Below, piece by piece: positions 23,100-34,206 of a stretch of DNA of 64,000 bases. A program made the position numbers and the translations under genes. This DNA is from an uncultured cyanobacterium. Lineage in GTDB: Bacteria; Cyanobacteriota; Cyanobacteriia; PCC-9006; JAAUQQ01. Within the stretch, counting starts at the first letter, position 1; every line of letters starts with the position of its first letter. The notes beneath the pieces were generated by a model. That model saw nothing but the letters and a program-made list of their open reading frames with translations, searched no databases and was not told where the DNA came from. Location of the stretch: the NCBI GenBank assembly GCA_963718615.1, contig OY970368.1, positions 5,952,001 to 6,016,000 of the forward strand, given 5' to 3'.

Positions 23100-23900
23100 A
23101 TGGCATTTACTACGGTTTCTCCTGCTCAGGCTGCTGCTCAGGCATTGCGTCAGCCCTCAACCCTGGTGTCCACATCCGGGCTGCCGTTGGGCAGTCCCCC
23201 AGAGGCTGAGCCGCCCTTGGCGACCTCCGTCGGGTCCTGGATTGCGTTGAAAAATGTCACGAAATGCTACCAGCCGGAGGGTTGTGGTCTGCATCAAGTC
23301 AGTTTGGAAATTCCTCGGGGCGGATTTTTGTGGGTGACTGGACCTTCGGGGTCCGGAAAAACGACGCTGTTGAGATTGCTTTACGGGGCTGAAACACCCA
23401 GTCAGGGAACGGTGTGGGTCAATCAGCAGGAAGTGTCTAAATTGCGGGGCGATCGCCTCTCTCGCTTCCGTCGTCAGCTGGGCATTGTTTTTCAAGATTA
23501 CAAGCTGATTCCCAATCGGACGGTGGTTGAAAATATTGCCTTTGCCCTCTGGGCTCAGGGCTGTAATCAGGAGCAGGTGGCACGACGTTTGGCTCCAACG
23601 CTCAAGCTTGTGGGGTTGACCCATAAGGCCCAGGCGTTTCCCGAACAGTTATCGGGAGGAGAACAGCAGCGGGTGAGTTTGGCGCGGGCGATTGTCGGTA
23701 CGCCCCCCTTACTGTTGGCCGATGAACCAACTGGTAACTTGGATGCGGAAAATTCCCGTCAGGTGATTCGCATTCTCAACCAGCTCAACCGCATGGGGAT
23801 CACCGTGATTGTTACGACCCATGATGAGGCGATCGTCCAGCAATCCCCCCATCCCTGCATCGAGATTCGCAACGGGCGGATGGCTTGGGTGCGCCACTAG
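23100..23900 (+). CDS. ftsE: Cell division ATP-binding protein FtsE-like ABC ATPase
   Basis: GPSGSGKT, FQDYKLI, LSGGEQQR, ADEPTGNLD; start uncertain. Confidence 0.8.
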   Translation: MAFTTVSPAQAAAQALRQPSTLVSTSGLPLGSPPEAEPPLATSVGSWIALKNVTKCYQPEGCGLHQVSLEIPRGGFLWVTGPSGSGKTTLLRLLYGAETPSQGTVWVNQQEVSKLRGDRLSRFRRQLGIVFQDYKLIPNRTVVENIAFALWAQGCNQEQVARRLAPTLKLVGLTHKAQAFPEQLSGGEQQRVSLARAIVGTPPLLLADEPTGNLDAENSRQVIRILNQLNRMGITVIVTTHDEAIVQQSPHPCIEIRNGRMAWVRH

Positions 23901-24035
23901 ATGTGCCACTAGATGCGCCACCCGAAATGTTATGAAGTTATAAAGAAATTTACTCTCACCGTGCGAATGGGGATCACCTAGGGAATCCATAAGATCATCC
24001 ACTTGATCCCAATGCCCAATCGGAGGAAATTCGTC

Positions 24036-24704
24036 ATGGTTCAGCTATCCTCTACCACCTCCCAAATCGCCACTATTCAAGAGCAATGCTTAACCCAGCC
24101 GCTGTGGACAGGGACTTCGTCAGAGCGAGCCCGTAACGCGGCTCTGAGCCCGATCTTGACGGCCCTCCAAGACAAATTGGGCCAGGAAGCGTTGTGTCTG
24201 CGAGGGGCAGATTTGGCAGGGGCAGACCTGCGAGGGATCAATCTCCAAGGCGCGGATCTGAGTGAAGCTAACTTGACCGGAGCAAAGCTGGGGGGGGCTA
24301 ATTTGCGTAATGCTGACCTCACAGGGACAAAGCTAGTGCGGGTGGATCTCACCCGAGCCTTTCTGGATGGAGCCAGTTTGTGTGAGGCGGATCTTCAAGA
24401 TGCCAACTGCATTGGGGCGAGTTTCCTCGGAGTCATGATGTATCGTGCCAATTGTCAGGGCGTCAATTTTCAATGGGCACACCTCACCCAGGCCTATGCC
24501 ATGGAAGCCAATTTCCAAGGTGCCGTTTTGGACGAGACGGATTTGCGCTGGGCCAATCTCACCCGCGCCAACTTTACTGCTGCCTATCTCAAGCGCACCC
24601 AGGTCAGTCGTTCCATTCTCTGGGGTGCAAATTTACAAACGGCAGAACTGCGAGAGGTTAATTGGACCCAGGCTCGCCTACAGACGGCATTGCTTCCCCA
24701 CTAA
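24036..24704 (+). CDS. Pentapeptide repeat protein
   Basis: Runs of A(D/N)Lxx repeats; 3' end overlaps the convergent proB. Confidence 0.9.
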   Translation: MVQLSSTTSQIATIQEQCLTQPLWTGTSSERARNAALSPILTALQDKLGQEALCLRGADLAGADLRGINLQGADLSEANLTGAKLGGANLRNADLTGTKLVRVDLTRAFLDGASLCEADLQDANCIGASFLGVMMYRANCQGVNFQWAHLTQAYAMEANFQGAVLDETDLRWANLTRANFTAAYLKRTQVSRSILWGANLQTAELREVNWTQARLQTALLPH

Positions 24705-25806
24705 GCACCAAGTTATCCCGGTGGATCACCGTTTCGGCACCGGGATAACCCAAAATGGATTCGATGCGATCGCTCCGTTGCCCCCGAATCCGCTCTAATT
24801 CCAAACTGCTGTAGTTCACCAAACCCCGCGCAATTTCCTGACCCATGGCGTCGCACAGCACCACCGCATCTTCACTCTGGAATTCGCCGCTCAAAGCGGT
24901 AATCCCGGCAGGGAGCAGCGAAGTACCCCGTTCCCGAATGGCCTGAACGGCCCCCGTATCCAGCATTAATCTGCCGGTTGGTACTAAACCATTGGCGATC
25001 CAGCGTTTTCGAGCATTGGTGGTGCGTGGCTGGGGGTCAAAACAGGTGCCGATCGCTTCTCCCTCTAGAATTTTGATCAGATTTTGGGGCGATCGCCCCT
25101 GGGTAATCACCGTGCGAACCCCCGCCTGGGTCGCCAAGCTCGCAGCTTTAATCTTCGTCGCCATACCGCCTGTGCCCCAGCGGGTTCCCTGACCCCCAAT
25201 CTGTACCTGAAGCTGCTCTAGTTCTGACAAATTTTTAACCTGAACAATCGGCTGGGCATCGGGATTGGAACGGGGGTCAGCGGAATAAAGCCGGTCAACA
25301 TCGGTCAAAATAAACAGCCAGTCCGCTTCCACCAGATCCGCTACCTGGGCCGAGAGCGTGTCGTTGTCGCCAAATTTGAGCTCGTCGTAGGAAACCGTGT
25401 CATTTTCGTTCACCACCGGAATCACGCCCAGCTCCAGCAGCTTGCGGAAGGTTCGCCGTACATTCACATAGCTGGTCCGTCGTTCAAAGTCTCCACGGGT
25501 GAGGAGGACCTGGGCGATCGCCTGCCCCAGGGTGCCAAACAGATCATCATAAATGCGCATCAGCCGCCCTTGTCCCACAGCAGCCACCGCCTGTTTCAGG
25601 TCAATGGTTTGAGGTCGTTCCGTCAGGCCCAGTCGCGCACAGCCCACCCCAACCGCCCCCGATGAAACCAGCACGATGGAATAATCTTGCTGGCGTAGCT
25701 GGCTCAGGGTTTCAACGAGGGCCGCAATATTAGAAAGCGCTAGGAGTCCCGTATCGGGCTGCGTCAGGCTAGAGGTTCCAATTTTGATTACAAGCGTTTG
25801 GGGCAT
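24658..25806 (-). CDS. proB: Glutamate 5-kinase with PUA domain
   Basis: [38 protein letters not shown]. Confidence 0.96.
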   Translation of the reverse strand: MPQTLVIKIGTSSLTQPDTGLLALSNIAALVETLSQLRQQDYSIVLVSSGAVGVGCARLGLTERPQTIDLKQAVAAVGQGRLMRIYDDLFGTLGQAIAQVLLTRGDFERRTSYVNVRRTFRKLLELGVIPVVNENDTVSYDELKFGDNDTLSAQVADLVEADWLFILTDVDRLYSADPRSNPDAQPIVQVKNLSELEQLQVQIGGQGTRWGTGGMATKIKAASLATQAGVRTVITQGRSPQNLIKILEGEAIGTCFDPQPRTTNARKRWIANGLVPTGRLMLDTGAVQAIRERGTSLLPAGITALSGEFQSEDAVVLCDAMGQEIARGLVNYSSLELERIRGQRSDRIESILGYPGAETVIHRDNLVLSGEAMPSVGEPGSN

Positions 25807-26440
25807 ACCCGTCAATCCAGGCAATATAAAGTCGAGCAAAAAGACCCCAAATAGTGTAAGGCACCGGTTCCCTATCGTGGGGCCGATGCCTTACTGGTTT
25901 TATAGTTCCACTGTGGGATTTATAGGTCCACTATGGGTTTTTATGTTCAGGGTCTTTATGGGCTGACCCCGTTTAATCACAAAACCTAGAATGTCAGAAA
26001 GTGATCCCGAAAAGCGATTTCGTAATATTTGCTTTAGATTTGTCTCGAATGTTTTTTATAAATGTTGAAAAATAGACTGATGTTAAGTTTTGAAAAGTTA
26101 TTTGTGAGTGGCGACTCTAGTCTGTGACTGAGTTTTAGCCTTTCCAAATTAAAAGTTGAGTCATTCGATAGGAGATTTAGGCAAACTGGGAAGACCTAAA
26201 TTCAAAGTCTCTTAAAAAATCGTAACACTGCGAATTAATCCGACATCAGCAAATTCTAATATCGGCTTACTGTGAGGCTAATGTCGAGCGCTTGAAAAAT
26301 TTTTCTACAAAAGATTTTCTGAAAAAACTCTCTACAAAGAATTTTCTGCAAAGGGTTAAGAATAAAAAATAAGCCTCGAAAGATTCGCTGACGAGAGATA
26401 TGGTTTAACCCGTTGTTGAGCCTGGTGCTGAGCTTGGTGC

Positions 26441-26956
26441 TTACCCTGCAAAGGCCCCGATGAGACGCGAGAACCAAACCTCTAGGGAGCGTAGCCAATG
26501 CTTGCGGGGCAAATCCCCTGGGGAAACCATCGGATCGACTAAAACAGTAAACATCCCCAGCCGATTTCCGGCTAAGACATCGGTGAACAGGCGATCGCCC
26601 ACCATCCCCAGCTCACTAAAGGGTAAATTCATCTCCCTCGCCGCCTGACGCAACTTCCGCCGGGAGGGCTTGCCGGCCCCCCAGAGATAGGGCAGCGCTA
26701 GCTCTTTGCCAATGTGGGCAATCCGAGGCTGATTAATATTGTTACTCACCAACCAGATCTGCGTATGGGGGCGGAGGGCATCGACCCACTGACGAACTTC
26801 GTCGGACAGCTGGCGACTATAGGGAGAAATTAAGGTGTCATCCACATCCAAAATTAATCCTCGAAGACCGTTCTGTCGGACCAGATCAGGCGTGAGAGCG
26901 AGGATAGTGCCCTGAAGGACTAAATTGGGTTGTAAGAGCTGGCGGCACTGAATCAT
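26441..26956 (-). CDS. YqeG-family HAD IIIA phosphatase
   Basis: DVDDTL, VSNN, KP, MVGDRLFTDV. Confidence 0.92.
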   Translation of the reverse strand: MIQCRQLLQPNLVLQGTILALTPDLVRQNGLRGLILDVDDTLISPYSRQLSDEVRQWVDALRPHTQIWLVSNNINQPRIAHIGKELALPYLWGAGKPSRRKLRQAAREMNLPFSELGMVGDRLFTDVLAGNRLGMFTVLVDPMVSPGDLPRKHWLRSLEVWFSRLIGAFAG

Positions 26957-28143
26957 GATTCGGGTTTAGGAGCACCGGCTTCGCTGGCTTCACGCTTTTG
27001 AGCATCCCGAGCGTCGTGGATACTGTCCTGGGCCGCGAGATGCTCTGCAAAGGTACGACTAAAGACGTGAGTACCATCGTACCGTGCTACGTAAAAGAGA
27101 TAATCGGTGTTTTCAGGGGCCAGGGTGGCTTTCAGACTGGCAAGGCCGGGGCTGGAAATGGCCGTGGGAGGGAGTCCGGGGTTGAGATAGGTGTTGTAGG
27201 GAGAGGGGGTTCCCACTTCCGCAAAGGTCAATGGGCGATCGGGCGTCTGCGTAATCCCCAGCCCATATTCAACGGTGGGGTCGACCTCTAGCTTTTGACC
27301 AATCCGCAGCCGGTGGGCCAACACTCCAGCGATTAAGGGACGCTCCGTGGGAATCACCGCTTCTTTTTCGACAATGCTGGAGAACGTCACCCAATCTTCT
27401 AGGCTTAGATCCGTATTGGACTGCTGATAGAGCGGCAAGGCTTGGGTTTCAAACTGATTGAGCATGGCCTGGATCACCACCTGGGGAGAGACCTGACCTT
27501 GATCGATTTGATAGGTGTCGGGAAAGAGAAAGCCTTCGAGGTGGGGGAGGTTGGGGGGTAACCAAGGGTAGCGATCGCGCGGAATCTGCTGCACTGCGGT
27601 GAAAAACTCCTGGGCAGAGAACAGTCCCTGCTGCTCGAAATAGGCTCCCATTTGGCGAATATTCCAGCCCTCAGGAATCGTGAACTGGGCCTGAATCACG
27701 TCCCCTTGGCGAATCTGGGTGGCGATCGCCGGGAGCGAATCCGTGGGAGACAGCTCATAGACCCCCGCCTGAAACTCGCTGGACGCTCGACCCAATTTTT
27801 GCTGCAGTGACAGCCACTTGACCCAAAGATCCCAAGCGTGGGAAGAGCGAATCAGCCCCGCTTCTTCAAGCTGGCGGCCAATGCGATAGGCCGAGGTCCC
27901 AGGCTCAATTTCGAGCTGGCGAATGGCGCGATTCGCGTCATTCTGAGGGGCTGGGGCCGCTTGAACCGGTGCGCTAGCCCAGCTCCACCAACTCCAGCCC
28001 TGCCAGCCCGCCCCCGCCAACACCAAGAGCAAAATAGCCCAGAAGAGCGATCGCTGGGGAGAACGACGACGAGGCTTGGAATGGGCCTTAGGCATGGTTG
28101 CGGGATTCGGTTTGACAGTAGAGCGAGGCGGACTAGGTCTCAT
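26953..28143 (-). CDS. mltG: Endolytic transglycosylase MltG
   Basis: N-terminal TM; LEGFLFPDTY, SIVEKE, SPYNTY..GLPP. Confidence 0.93.
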   Translation of the reverse strand: MRPSPPRSTVKPNPATMPKAHSKPRRRSPQRSLFWAILLLVLAGAGWQGWSWWSWASAPVQAAPAPQNDANRAIRQLEIEPGTSAYRIGRQLEEAGLIRSSHAWDLWVKWLSLQQKLGRASSEFQAGVYELSPTDSLPAIATQIRQGDVIQAQFTIPEGWNIRQMGAYFEQQGLFSAQEFFTAVQQIPRDRYPWLPPNLPHLEGFLFPDTYQIDQGQVSPQVVIQAMLNQFETQALPLYQQSNTDLSLEDWVTFSSIVEKEAVIPTERPLIAGVLAHRLRIGQKLEVDPTVEYGLGITQTPDRPLTFAEVGTPSPYNTYLNPGLPPTAISSPGLASLKATLAPENTDYLFYVARYDGTHVFSRTFAEHLAAQDSIHDARDAQKREASEAGAPKPES

Positions 28144-28294
28144 GGGGAAGTCTCCATCAACGGACGGAGAGCAGACAACTCCAAAAAGTTAAGCACAGGG
28201 TTTCACAATCGGCTACCGTTTTCGTCTCATGCAAACAATACCGAGCCAGTCCGAAAAAACCGCAGATTTGGAACCTCAGGCTTATCCCAAGCCT

Positions 28295-28858
28295 TTAATT
28301 ATCCGCTTCGCTATCGAGGTCTTCGCCCATTTCCTGGGCCAAAATTTCCTCAAGCAGCGGCTCAATTTCTGCAAACTCCTCAGGGGAAATCAGCTTCGGG
28401 GTTTCGTCTTCCATGCGCGTTACGATTAAAAACGGCTCTAGGGGCGTGTAAATCCCGTACTCCCGCTCTTCGTGATAGAAAATCGCGAGCAGCTGAAACT
28501 CCTCAGATTCCTCCGCCTCAAAGCCATTCATATCGCCGTTGAGATCGGATTCGTCTTCCTCTTCCACTTCTGGCAGATCGCCCTCAACCGTTAGGGTAAT
28601 GGCCGTTTCGAGGAGCGTCAGATTTTGTTCGCTGAGCACGGCTTTTGCCGTGGGGAAGAGATGTTTGAGTTCCTTCTCGTCGTCCACGAGAACGGGTTCT
28701 TCGTCCTCTTCATCGTCCTGCCAGCTAAAAATTACAATCGGGGCATCCACCGGCTGGAGTAGACCATAGGTCTGGGTGTTGAGGGTCAGGGAGCGCTCCA
28801 GATAGCAGAGCAGCGATCGCCCAGTTTCATCGTGAAGCAGAACCGTCGGAGCGTCCAT
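28295..28858 (-). CDS. DUF3727 family acidic protein
   Basis: GRSLLCYLE, LLQPVD; position between ruvX and mltG. Confidence 0.8.
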   Translation of the reverse strand: MDAPTVLLHDETGRSLLCYLERSLTLNTQTYGLLQPVDAPIVIFSWQDDEEDEEPVLVDDEKELKHLFPTAKAVLSEQNLTLLETAITLTVEGDLPEVEEEDESDLNGDMNGFEAEESEEFQLLAIFYHEEREYGIYTPLEPFLIVTRMEDETPKLISPEEFAEIEPLLEEILAQEMGEDLDSEADN

Positions 28859-28984
28859 GTCAACATCAAATCATCGAGAGTGAATTCCCATCTTACGTGC
28901 AGACGGGGGCAGGAATAACCCGCGCTCAAATTTTGCGTAGCTGAGCCGGTAGCAGATGTTGCAAAAAGATCAAAGGCAAACCGG

Positions 28985-29413
28985 TTAAATCTGGGCACGA
29001 CGCTGATCTAACCAGCGCTGCAAAATAATCGCGGCGGCTTTGCGGTCAATGTCGGCTTTATTGCGGGAGGGGGCATAGCCTGCGGCCTGGATGAGCTCTT
29101 CCGCCTGCACCGAAGACAGCCGCTCATCCATGTATTCCAGGGGCAAATCGAGGGCCTTCGCCAGCCCCGAAGCATAGCGCTGGGTCTGGCGGGCCTGGGT
29201 CCCCAGCTCCCCATCTAGGGTATAGGGCAGTCCCGCCACCAAGATTTGAACCTCTCGCTCTTCAACCAGCTGACGAATCTGGGCAACATCCCGCGCAAAC
29301 CCCGTACGGCGTAGCGTCATTAGCCCCGTGGCAATCAGCCCGGTGCCGTCACATCCCGCAATGCCAACCCGCTTGCGGCCTATGTCCAAGCCTAACGCTG
29401 AGATTCGGGCCAT
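28985..29413 (-). CDS. ruvX: YqgF/RuvX family nuclease
   Basis: LGLDIGRKRVGIA, DERLSS, DRKAAAIILQ. Confidence 0.93.
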   Translation of the reverse strand: MARISALGLDIGRKRVGIAGCDGTGLIATGLMTLRRTGFARDVAQIRQLVEEREVQILVAGLPYTLDGELGTQARQTQRYASGLAKALDLPLEYMDERLSSVQAEELIQAAGYAPSRNKADIDRKAAAIILQRWLDQRRAQI

Positions 29414-30675
29414 GGGGGACGGGAGTTAGAGCGGAAGCGGTCTGAGGGGGAACGCCACCAGTCCAGCATTTGCGGATCCTGAAGACTGGCATAGTCCCAG
29501 CGGTCCCAAAACAGTTCGGAGGAGGAGCAAGCATCGAGGGAGATGCGGCCTGGGATGGGCTGGCGGTTGGGCTGGAACCCCTGGAGCATTTCAGCAATTT
29601 GTAGCCGTTCGATGGAAACGCCCCGAGACTCTCGCAGTTTGTGCCAAACCGAGCGGGAGAGCAGCAGCCGATGTTGAATCGGTTCAGCTTTGAGCTGCTG
29701 GAAGCATTCTTCCCGTTCGGGCTGATAGTCCGCCGAGGTGAGCTGGAGGGGAACGGGGGGATAGGCCTGGAGAACCTGAGCCATGTGGACCATTAGTTCT
29801 GGGTAGAGCCAGGTGTAGGCGGGGTGAACGGTGAGCTCGGCTTGGTGGGGGCGATCGCCATGACGAGACAGATTCAACCGCACATGGCCAATGGCAGCTT
29901 TGCGTTGGGGCTCAAATACATAGCCACTCACCCGATCGGTGCCCTCAACCATGCGATGGGCGCTACTCACCAGGGTCCGAGACAGGCTGGTGCGAAAGTC
30001 CTGAACGTGACGATCAAAGACCTGACGTAGGAGCGGTGGCATGGCCACGGTGTCAAGCTGATAGAGCAAGTGGGCATCGGCATTGCTCACGGGCAGCAAA
30101 TTGGGCAAATCCGGTGTGCGTTCGGCCAGGGCTTGCAGCGTCTCTGGAGCCATTTGCCATTGGGTAATTTGGGCCAAGGGCTGAAAGCCGTTTTGGCGAT
30201 AGAGCGCCACGCTGCTTTCATCGGTCACGTCTACTTCGCTGATCCAGGTGCGGGCTTCCCAAATCATCTCCAAACAGTGGCGCAGGAGCTGAGAACCAAC
30301 ATCGCTAGCCAGTTCCAAATCGCCACGCTCCGTAGTGCCGCCCTCCGCGACCACCCGGCTAATTTGCCAGGTACTGCGGCTGCGGTTGGTGGGGGTGACC
30401 TGGATCAGACCCAGAATCTTGCGATGGGCCCTACCAAACTCTGCCGGATCGCGCTCCGCCACCCGAAAATCTGCCAGATGCCGCCAGGGATTAGGTACCC
30501 AACTCAAGACCTTGAGAGGACCATACCAGCGGCGTAACCACTGGGCGATCGCCTGACTGGCCTCCTCATCTTGCCCAACGGTCGCCTGGGTCATGAGACG
30601 CTCAATCCCGTCCAGATCGCGGTACTGAAAGGGGCGAATCTGCAAACTGTTGGGGTCCTTAGAAGCATTCGGCAT
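29392..30675 (-). CDS. GNAT family N-acetyltransferase (cyanobacterial)
   Basis: VGSQLL, ALYRQNGF motifs. Confidence 0.8.
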   Translation of the reverse strand: MPNASKDPNSLQIRPFQYRDLDGIERLMTQATVGQDEEASQAIAQWLRRWYGPLKVLSWVPNPWRHLADFRVAERDPAEFGRAHRKILGLIQVTPTNRSRSTWQISRVVAEGGTTERGDLELASDVGSQLLRHCLEMIWEARTWISEVDVTDESSVALYRQNGFQPLAQITQWQMAPETLQALAERTPDLPNLLPVSNADAHLLYQLDTVAMPPLLRQVFDRHVQDFRTSLSRTLVSSAHRMVEGTDRVSGYVFEPQRKAAIGHVRLNLSRHGDRPHQAELTVHPAYTWLYPELMVHMAQVLQAYPPVPLQLTSADYQPEREECFQQLKAEPIQHRLLLSRSVWHKLRESRGVSIERLQIAEMLQGFQPNRQPIPGRISLDACSSSELFWDRWDYASLQDPQMLDWWRSPSDRFRSNSRPPWPESQR

Positions 30676-30721
30676 GGCAGAAGGGCGCGATGGGAATAGC
30701 AGATTTCCCCATCATAACCCG

Positions 30722-31894
30722 TCAACCTTGGGGCCGCAGCAGCACCACGGGCGTTTGCTCATCTGCGTTGCCAGCGGGATTGCTGCGCAGGGCTCGATTC
30801 AGGAAGTCCTCGGAGACCCTAGCAGTCGCGGCCAAGACCTTCACCGCCCCTAGGTCGTTGACATCGACGATGGCGCATTCCAGCCCGGTTTCCCGCTGAA
30901 TTTCATCCACCACGCCCTGGGGATTGTCGGGACCCAAAACAATGAACTGGTCATAGGGGGGCAGCGTACCGGTGACATCGTCCACCAGCCGAGCCTGTTC
31001 GCCGGCCAGTTGGTAAAAACCACCGCGATGGCCAAAGACACGGGCGATCGCCCCCCCCACAAACGCCGCAAACACCCGCCAAGGCCCCACCACATCCACT
31101 AGGGTTTGCAAACCGCAGGCCGTCGCCAAACTGGAGGTGGGTAGAAAGAAATAGCAAACCCGCTTGGCGACCCAGCCCGGTTTAACCTCCGTCGGGTGAC
31201 GCATGCGGCCCTGCATGATTGCGATCGGCGTTTCGCCAATGGTGACGATATCACCGGGTTTGGCATAGGGCACCACGTAGCGTTTGACGATTTCCACCGG
31301 GTTGTCTAGGGGCGTCAGCAGGTGGGTGCGGACAGGGAGGAGTGTTGCACCATCGCGATCGCGCCAAACGGGATTTTCCTCAATCGCGGGAAACTGCAAA
31401 GGAATCACCACATGACGCACCTTGGGAATACGCCCCTGGGGACCGTAGGTGACGTAATTCAGCTTGACCCAGGCCGATTGTAAATCGCTCAGATCAGGAC
31501 CCGTAATCTCAAGGGTGACCCGTAGTCGCGTGCGTTTGCCGGTTTTAACGATGTAAGCAAACCAATAGCCATCGGCACGGGCGGAGGCGTCGTCATGCTC
31601 CGGCGTAATCGTTGTTGACCATTGGAGATTGGCCAAGCTCCCCTTAGAAAGAAGTTTCGCCTCGCCATAGAGCTCGGGGACCATGATCTCTAGCGATCGC
31701 GTCTGATTCATCAGCTCCAGCTCACCAACCAATTTGTAATGCTGGGGGTCAAAGGTTTCCAGCCGCCAATTGCCGTGGGTCAACTCCAGCTCATTGCCAG
31801 GGCGTTGCCGATACTGCGCTTCAAAGGCCAAAGCGGCGGCTCCCGCTAATCCTGCGCCGACACCAACCCATAAACCCAGAGTTCCTAAGATCAC
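30722..31894 (-). CDS. F420-0:gamma-glutamyl ligase (CofE)-like protein with N-terminal TM
   Basis: GETPIAIMQGR, IVDVNDLG, NPAGNADEQTP; probable GTG start. Confidence 0.75.
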   Translation of the reverse strand: MILGTLGLWVGVGAGLAGAAALAFEAQYRQRPGNELELTHGNWRLETFDPQHYKLVGELELMNQTRSLEIMVPELYGEAKLLSKGSLANLQWSTTITPEHDDASARADGYWFAYIVKTGKRTRLRVTLEITGPDLSDLQSAWVKLNYVTYGPQGRIPKVRHVVIPLQFPAIEENPVWRDRDGATLLPVRTHLLTPLDNPVEIVKRYVVPYAKPGDIVTIGETPIAIMQGRMRHPTEVKPGWVAKRVCYFFLPTSSLATACGLQTLVDVVGPWRVFAAFVGGAIARVFGHRGGFYQLAGEQARLVDDVTGTLPPYDQFIVLGPDNPQGVVDEIQRETGLECAIVDVNDLGAVKVLAATARVSEDFLNRALRSNPAGNADEQTPVVLLRPQG

Positions 31895-32173
31895 GCTGCT
31901 CGCCTCACGGTGATTTCGCAGCTTATTAAAAGATAATTTGGCCGCAGTGTCACCTAGGGGAAACGACATCTAGGGGATGGGGGTGAAAACCATCTCGACT
32001 CAATCTCACATCAGTCTCACGCCAGCCTCGCATCTATCTCATGTCAGTCGCGCCTTGATTTTGCCTGAATCCCGCTCCATCCTGCTCAGTCCAAGCCCAG
32101 TCAGCTCAAACGGACTGCCAATTTGGACGTTAAATTTGGGCATTACTGAGAAAGGAATTGCAGGTTAACCGGC

Positions 32174-32986
32174 GTGAAACTGATCGACTATGCCCCAACG
32201 ATTTTTATCATCGCCCATCGCGAAGATACAACGTTGCTCGTAGAAACGCTGGCGCGACAGGGCTTTAATTGCCAGGTTCTCCGACAAACACTTCAGCCCG
32301 GTCAGGAAAATTTTTCTCGGAGCTATCGCTGCTTGCTCAACCACTGCAATGCTTGGCGGTGGGTCCAAGGGCAGCAGCAACCGGCCCTGGTGATCGAAGC
32401 GGACTTCGTGCCTGTCCGGCAGTTTGGGCAACGGCCCGTTCCCTTCAATCCGGCAGACCCCGACGTGGGCTTGGCTTGGCTCTATACCTGCGCTGCGCAA
32501 ATTTATCATGTCACCCCGGAAGGCCATGCCCAGGGATTTTCGACCTCGATGGTGGCCTACCTGCTCCATCCCCGCTGCGTGGACCATTTGCTCAGATTTG
32601 CTGAACAAATCGCCCAGGATCCAGGCCCAACGGCCTATACCAGCTGGGACTCGGAGCTCGATTCGCTGTTGCTCGCCCAAGGACTCTGCAACTACGTGCC
32701 TTTCCGCAACTATGGCGAACATGGCAGCCATGACCCCAATCCCGAACACAAAGCCCATGGCCTCAGCCGCACCCATCGAGCAGATGTGCTTTACGGTAGC
32801 CTAGCGTTTCCACCGCTCTATGCCATGGAGCCCCTGGCCTGGAAAATCCGTCTCCATGCTCGGGCCAAAGGCATCGGGCGATTGCTTGCTGGTCGGTATG
32901 TGCGGCCTGCGGTGCTGCGTAAAGCGAGTGTCCCGTGGCAAATGGTGAGTTTTGCCCTGCGACGGCAGTTGTCTTGGCCGCTTTAG
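32174..32986 (+). CDS. GT25-like glycosyltransferase
   Basis: CLLNH..AW, LVIEADF, VAYLL motifs. Confidence 0.72.
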   Translation: MKLIDYAPTIFIIAHREDTTLLVETLARQGFNCQVLRQTLQPGQENFSRSYRCLLNHCNAWRWVQGQQQPALVIEADFVPVRQFGQRPVPFNPADPDVGLAWLYTCAAQIYHVTPEGHAQGFSTSMVAYLLHPRCVDHLLRFAEQIAQDPGPTAYTSWDSELDSLLLAQGLCNYVPFRNYGEHGSHDPNPEHKAHGLSRTHRADVLYGSLAFPPLYAMEPLAWKIRLHARAKGIGRLLAGRYVRPAVLRKASVPWQMVSFALRRQLSWPL

Positions 32987-33071
32987 CAGCAATTGAATCA
33001 ACTCACGGCAAAATAGGGGAGCAAGGCCAACGGGCCTGTTGTTTTTGCTGTGGATCTTGATTCCAAATCCC

Positions 33072-34157
33072 GTGAACCCAATTTTTTCTTTCCCCCAACG
33101 CCTCTTCCGACCCTGGATCACCCTGCTGCTCCTGAGCAGTGTTTTGGGGGGATGCGGTTCATTCAATTGGGACCAAGCCTTTTCCCCTGACCCCGCATTG
33201 GGCGATCGCCCCACGCCCCAACCCTCCGCCACCGCCCCAACCCCACCCATGGGCGTTGCCTCGCCATCCTCCCCCAAGCCCTCATCCAGCCCCGACAATT
33301 CCCCTGCCTCAACGTCCAGCTCAAATGCCAATACAAGCGCCAATACAAGCGCCAATTCAACCGCCAACACCTCTCAAGACTTCTCAGACCTAGACCAAGC
33401 CCCCGCCCCCCTGCAAGACGCCCTGCGGGCCGTGGCCCAACTGGGCATCCTCACGCCCCTCCCCGATCCCATTGCCCCAACCCCATCTTCCGCTACCCCA
33501 TCACTCACCACTCCATCCCCCACCTCAACAGTTGCCTTTGCACCCAACCAGCCTGTGACCCGACGGCAATATGCCCGCTGGCTGTTGGCGGCTAATAATG
33601 AGATTTATCGCGATCGCCCCCCCGCTCAAATTCGCCCTGCCACGGCTGGCACGCCGTCAACCTTTAAGGATGTGACTGCAACAGATCCTGATTTTGCGGC
33701 GATTCAGGGCCTAGCGGAAGCGGGCATTATTCCGAGTGCCCTTTCCGGTGCCCAGGAGCAGATTAATTTCAATCCCAATGAGCCTCTCTTGCGGGAGGAT
33801 CTGTTGCTGTGGAAAGTGCCTTTGGATGTGCGCGGGGCTTTGCCTGCTAGCAATTTAGAGGCGGTGAAAGAAGCTTGGGGGTTTCAGGATACGAGCAAGA
33901 TCAGTGCTCCGGCACTTCGGGCGGTTTTGGCTGACTATCAAAATGGTGACCAAGCGGTGATTCGTCGAGTATTTGGCTATACAACACTGTTTCAGCCTAA
34001 AAAGTCTGTGACCCGTGCGGAGGCGGCTGCGTCGTTGGCCTATTTTGGCAGTCAGGGGCAGGGACAATTGGCTGCGGATGTGGGAACGGCCCAGCTTGGT
34101 GTGTCGGCAACGGAAACCAAATCGCCTACACCAGGACCGGGGAGGGCTGGAGGATAA
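33072..34157 (+). CDS. S-layer homology (SLH) domain lipoprotein
   Basis: Lipobox LGGC; FAPNQPVTRRQYA, FQPKKSVTRAEAA; Pro/Ser linker; start uncertain. Confidence 0.82.
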   Translation: MNPIFSFPQRLFRPWITLLLLSSVLGGCGSFNWDQAFSPDPALGDRPTPQPSATAPTPPMGVASPSSPKPSSSPDNSPASTSSSNANTSANTSANSTANTSQDFSDLDQAPAPLQDALRAVAQLGILTPLPDPIAPTPSSATPSLTTPSPTSTVAFAPNQPVTRRQYARWLLAANNEIYRDRPPAQIRPATAGTPSTFKDVTATDPDFAAIQGLAEAGIIPSALSGAQEQINFNPNEPLLREDLLLWKVPLDVRGALPASNLEAVKEAWGFQDTSKISAPALRAVLADYQNGDQAVIRRVFGYTTLFQPKKSVTRAEAAASLAYFGSQGQGQLAADVGTAQLGVSATETKSPTPGPGRAGG

Positions 34158-34206
34158 AAGATGAAAGTAGATGCTTTAAACTAAAATCAGCGACTGTCTT
34201 CCCACT

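Noticed and set aside
23100-23900. ftsE without an adjacent ftsX
   Set aside because: The two genes are often unlinked in cyanobacteria.
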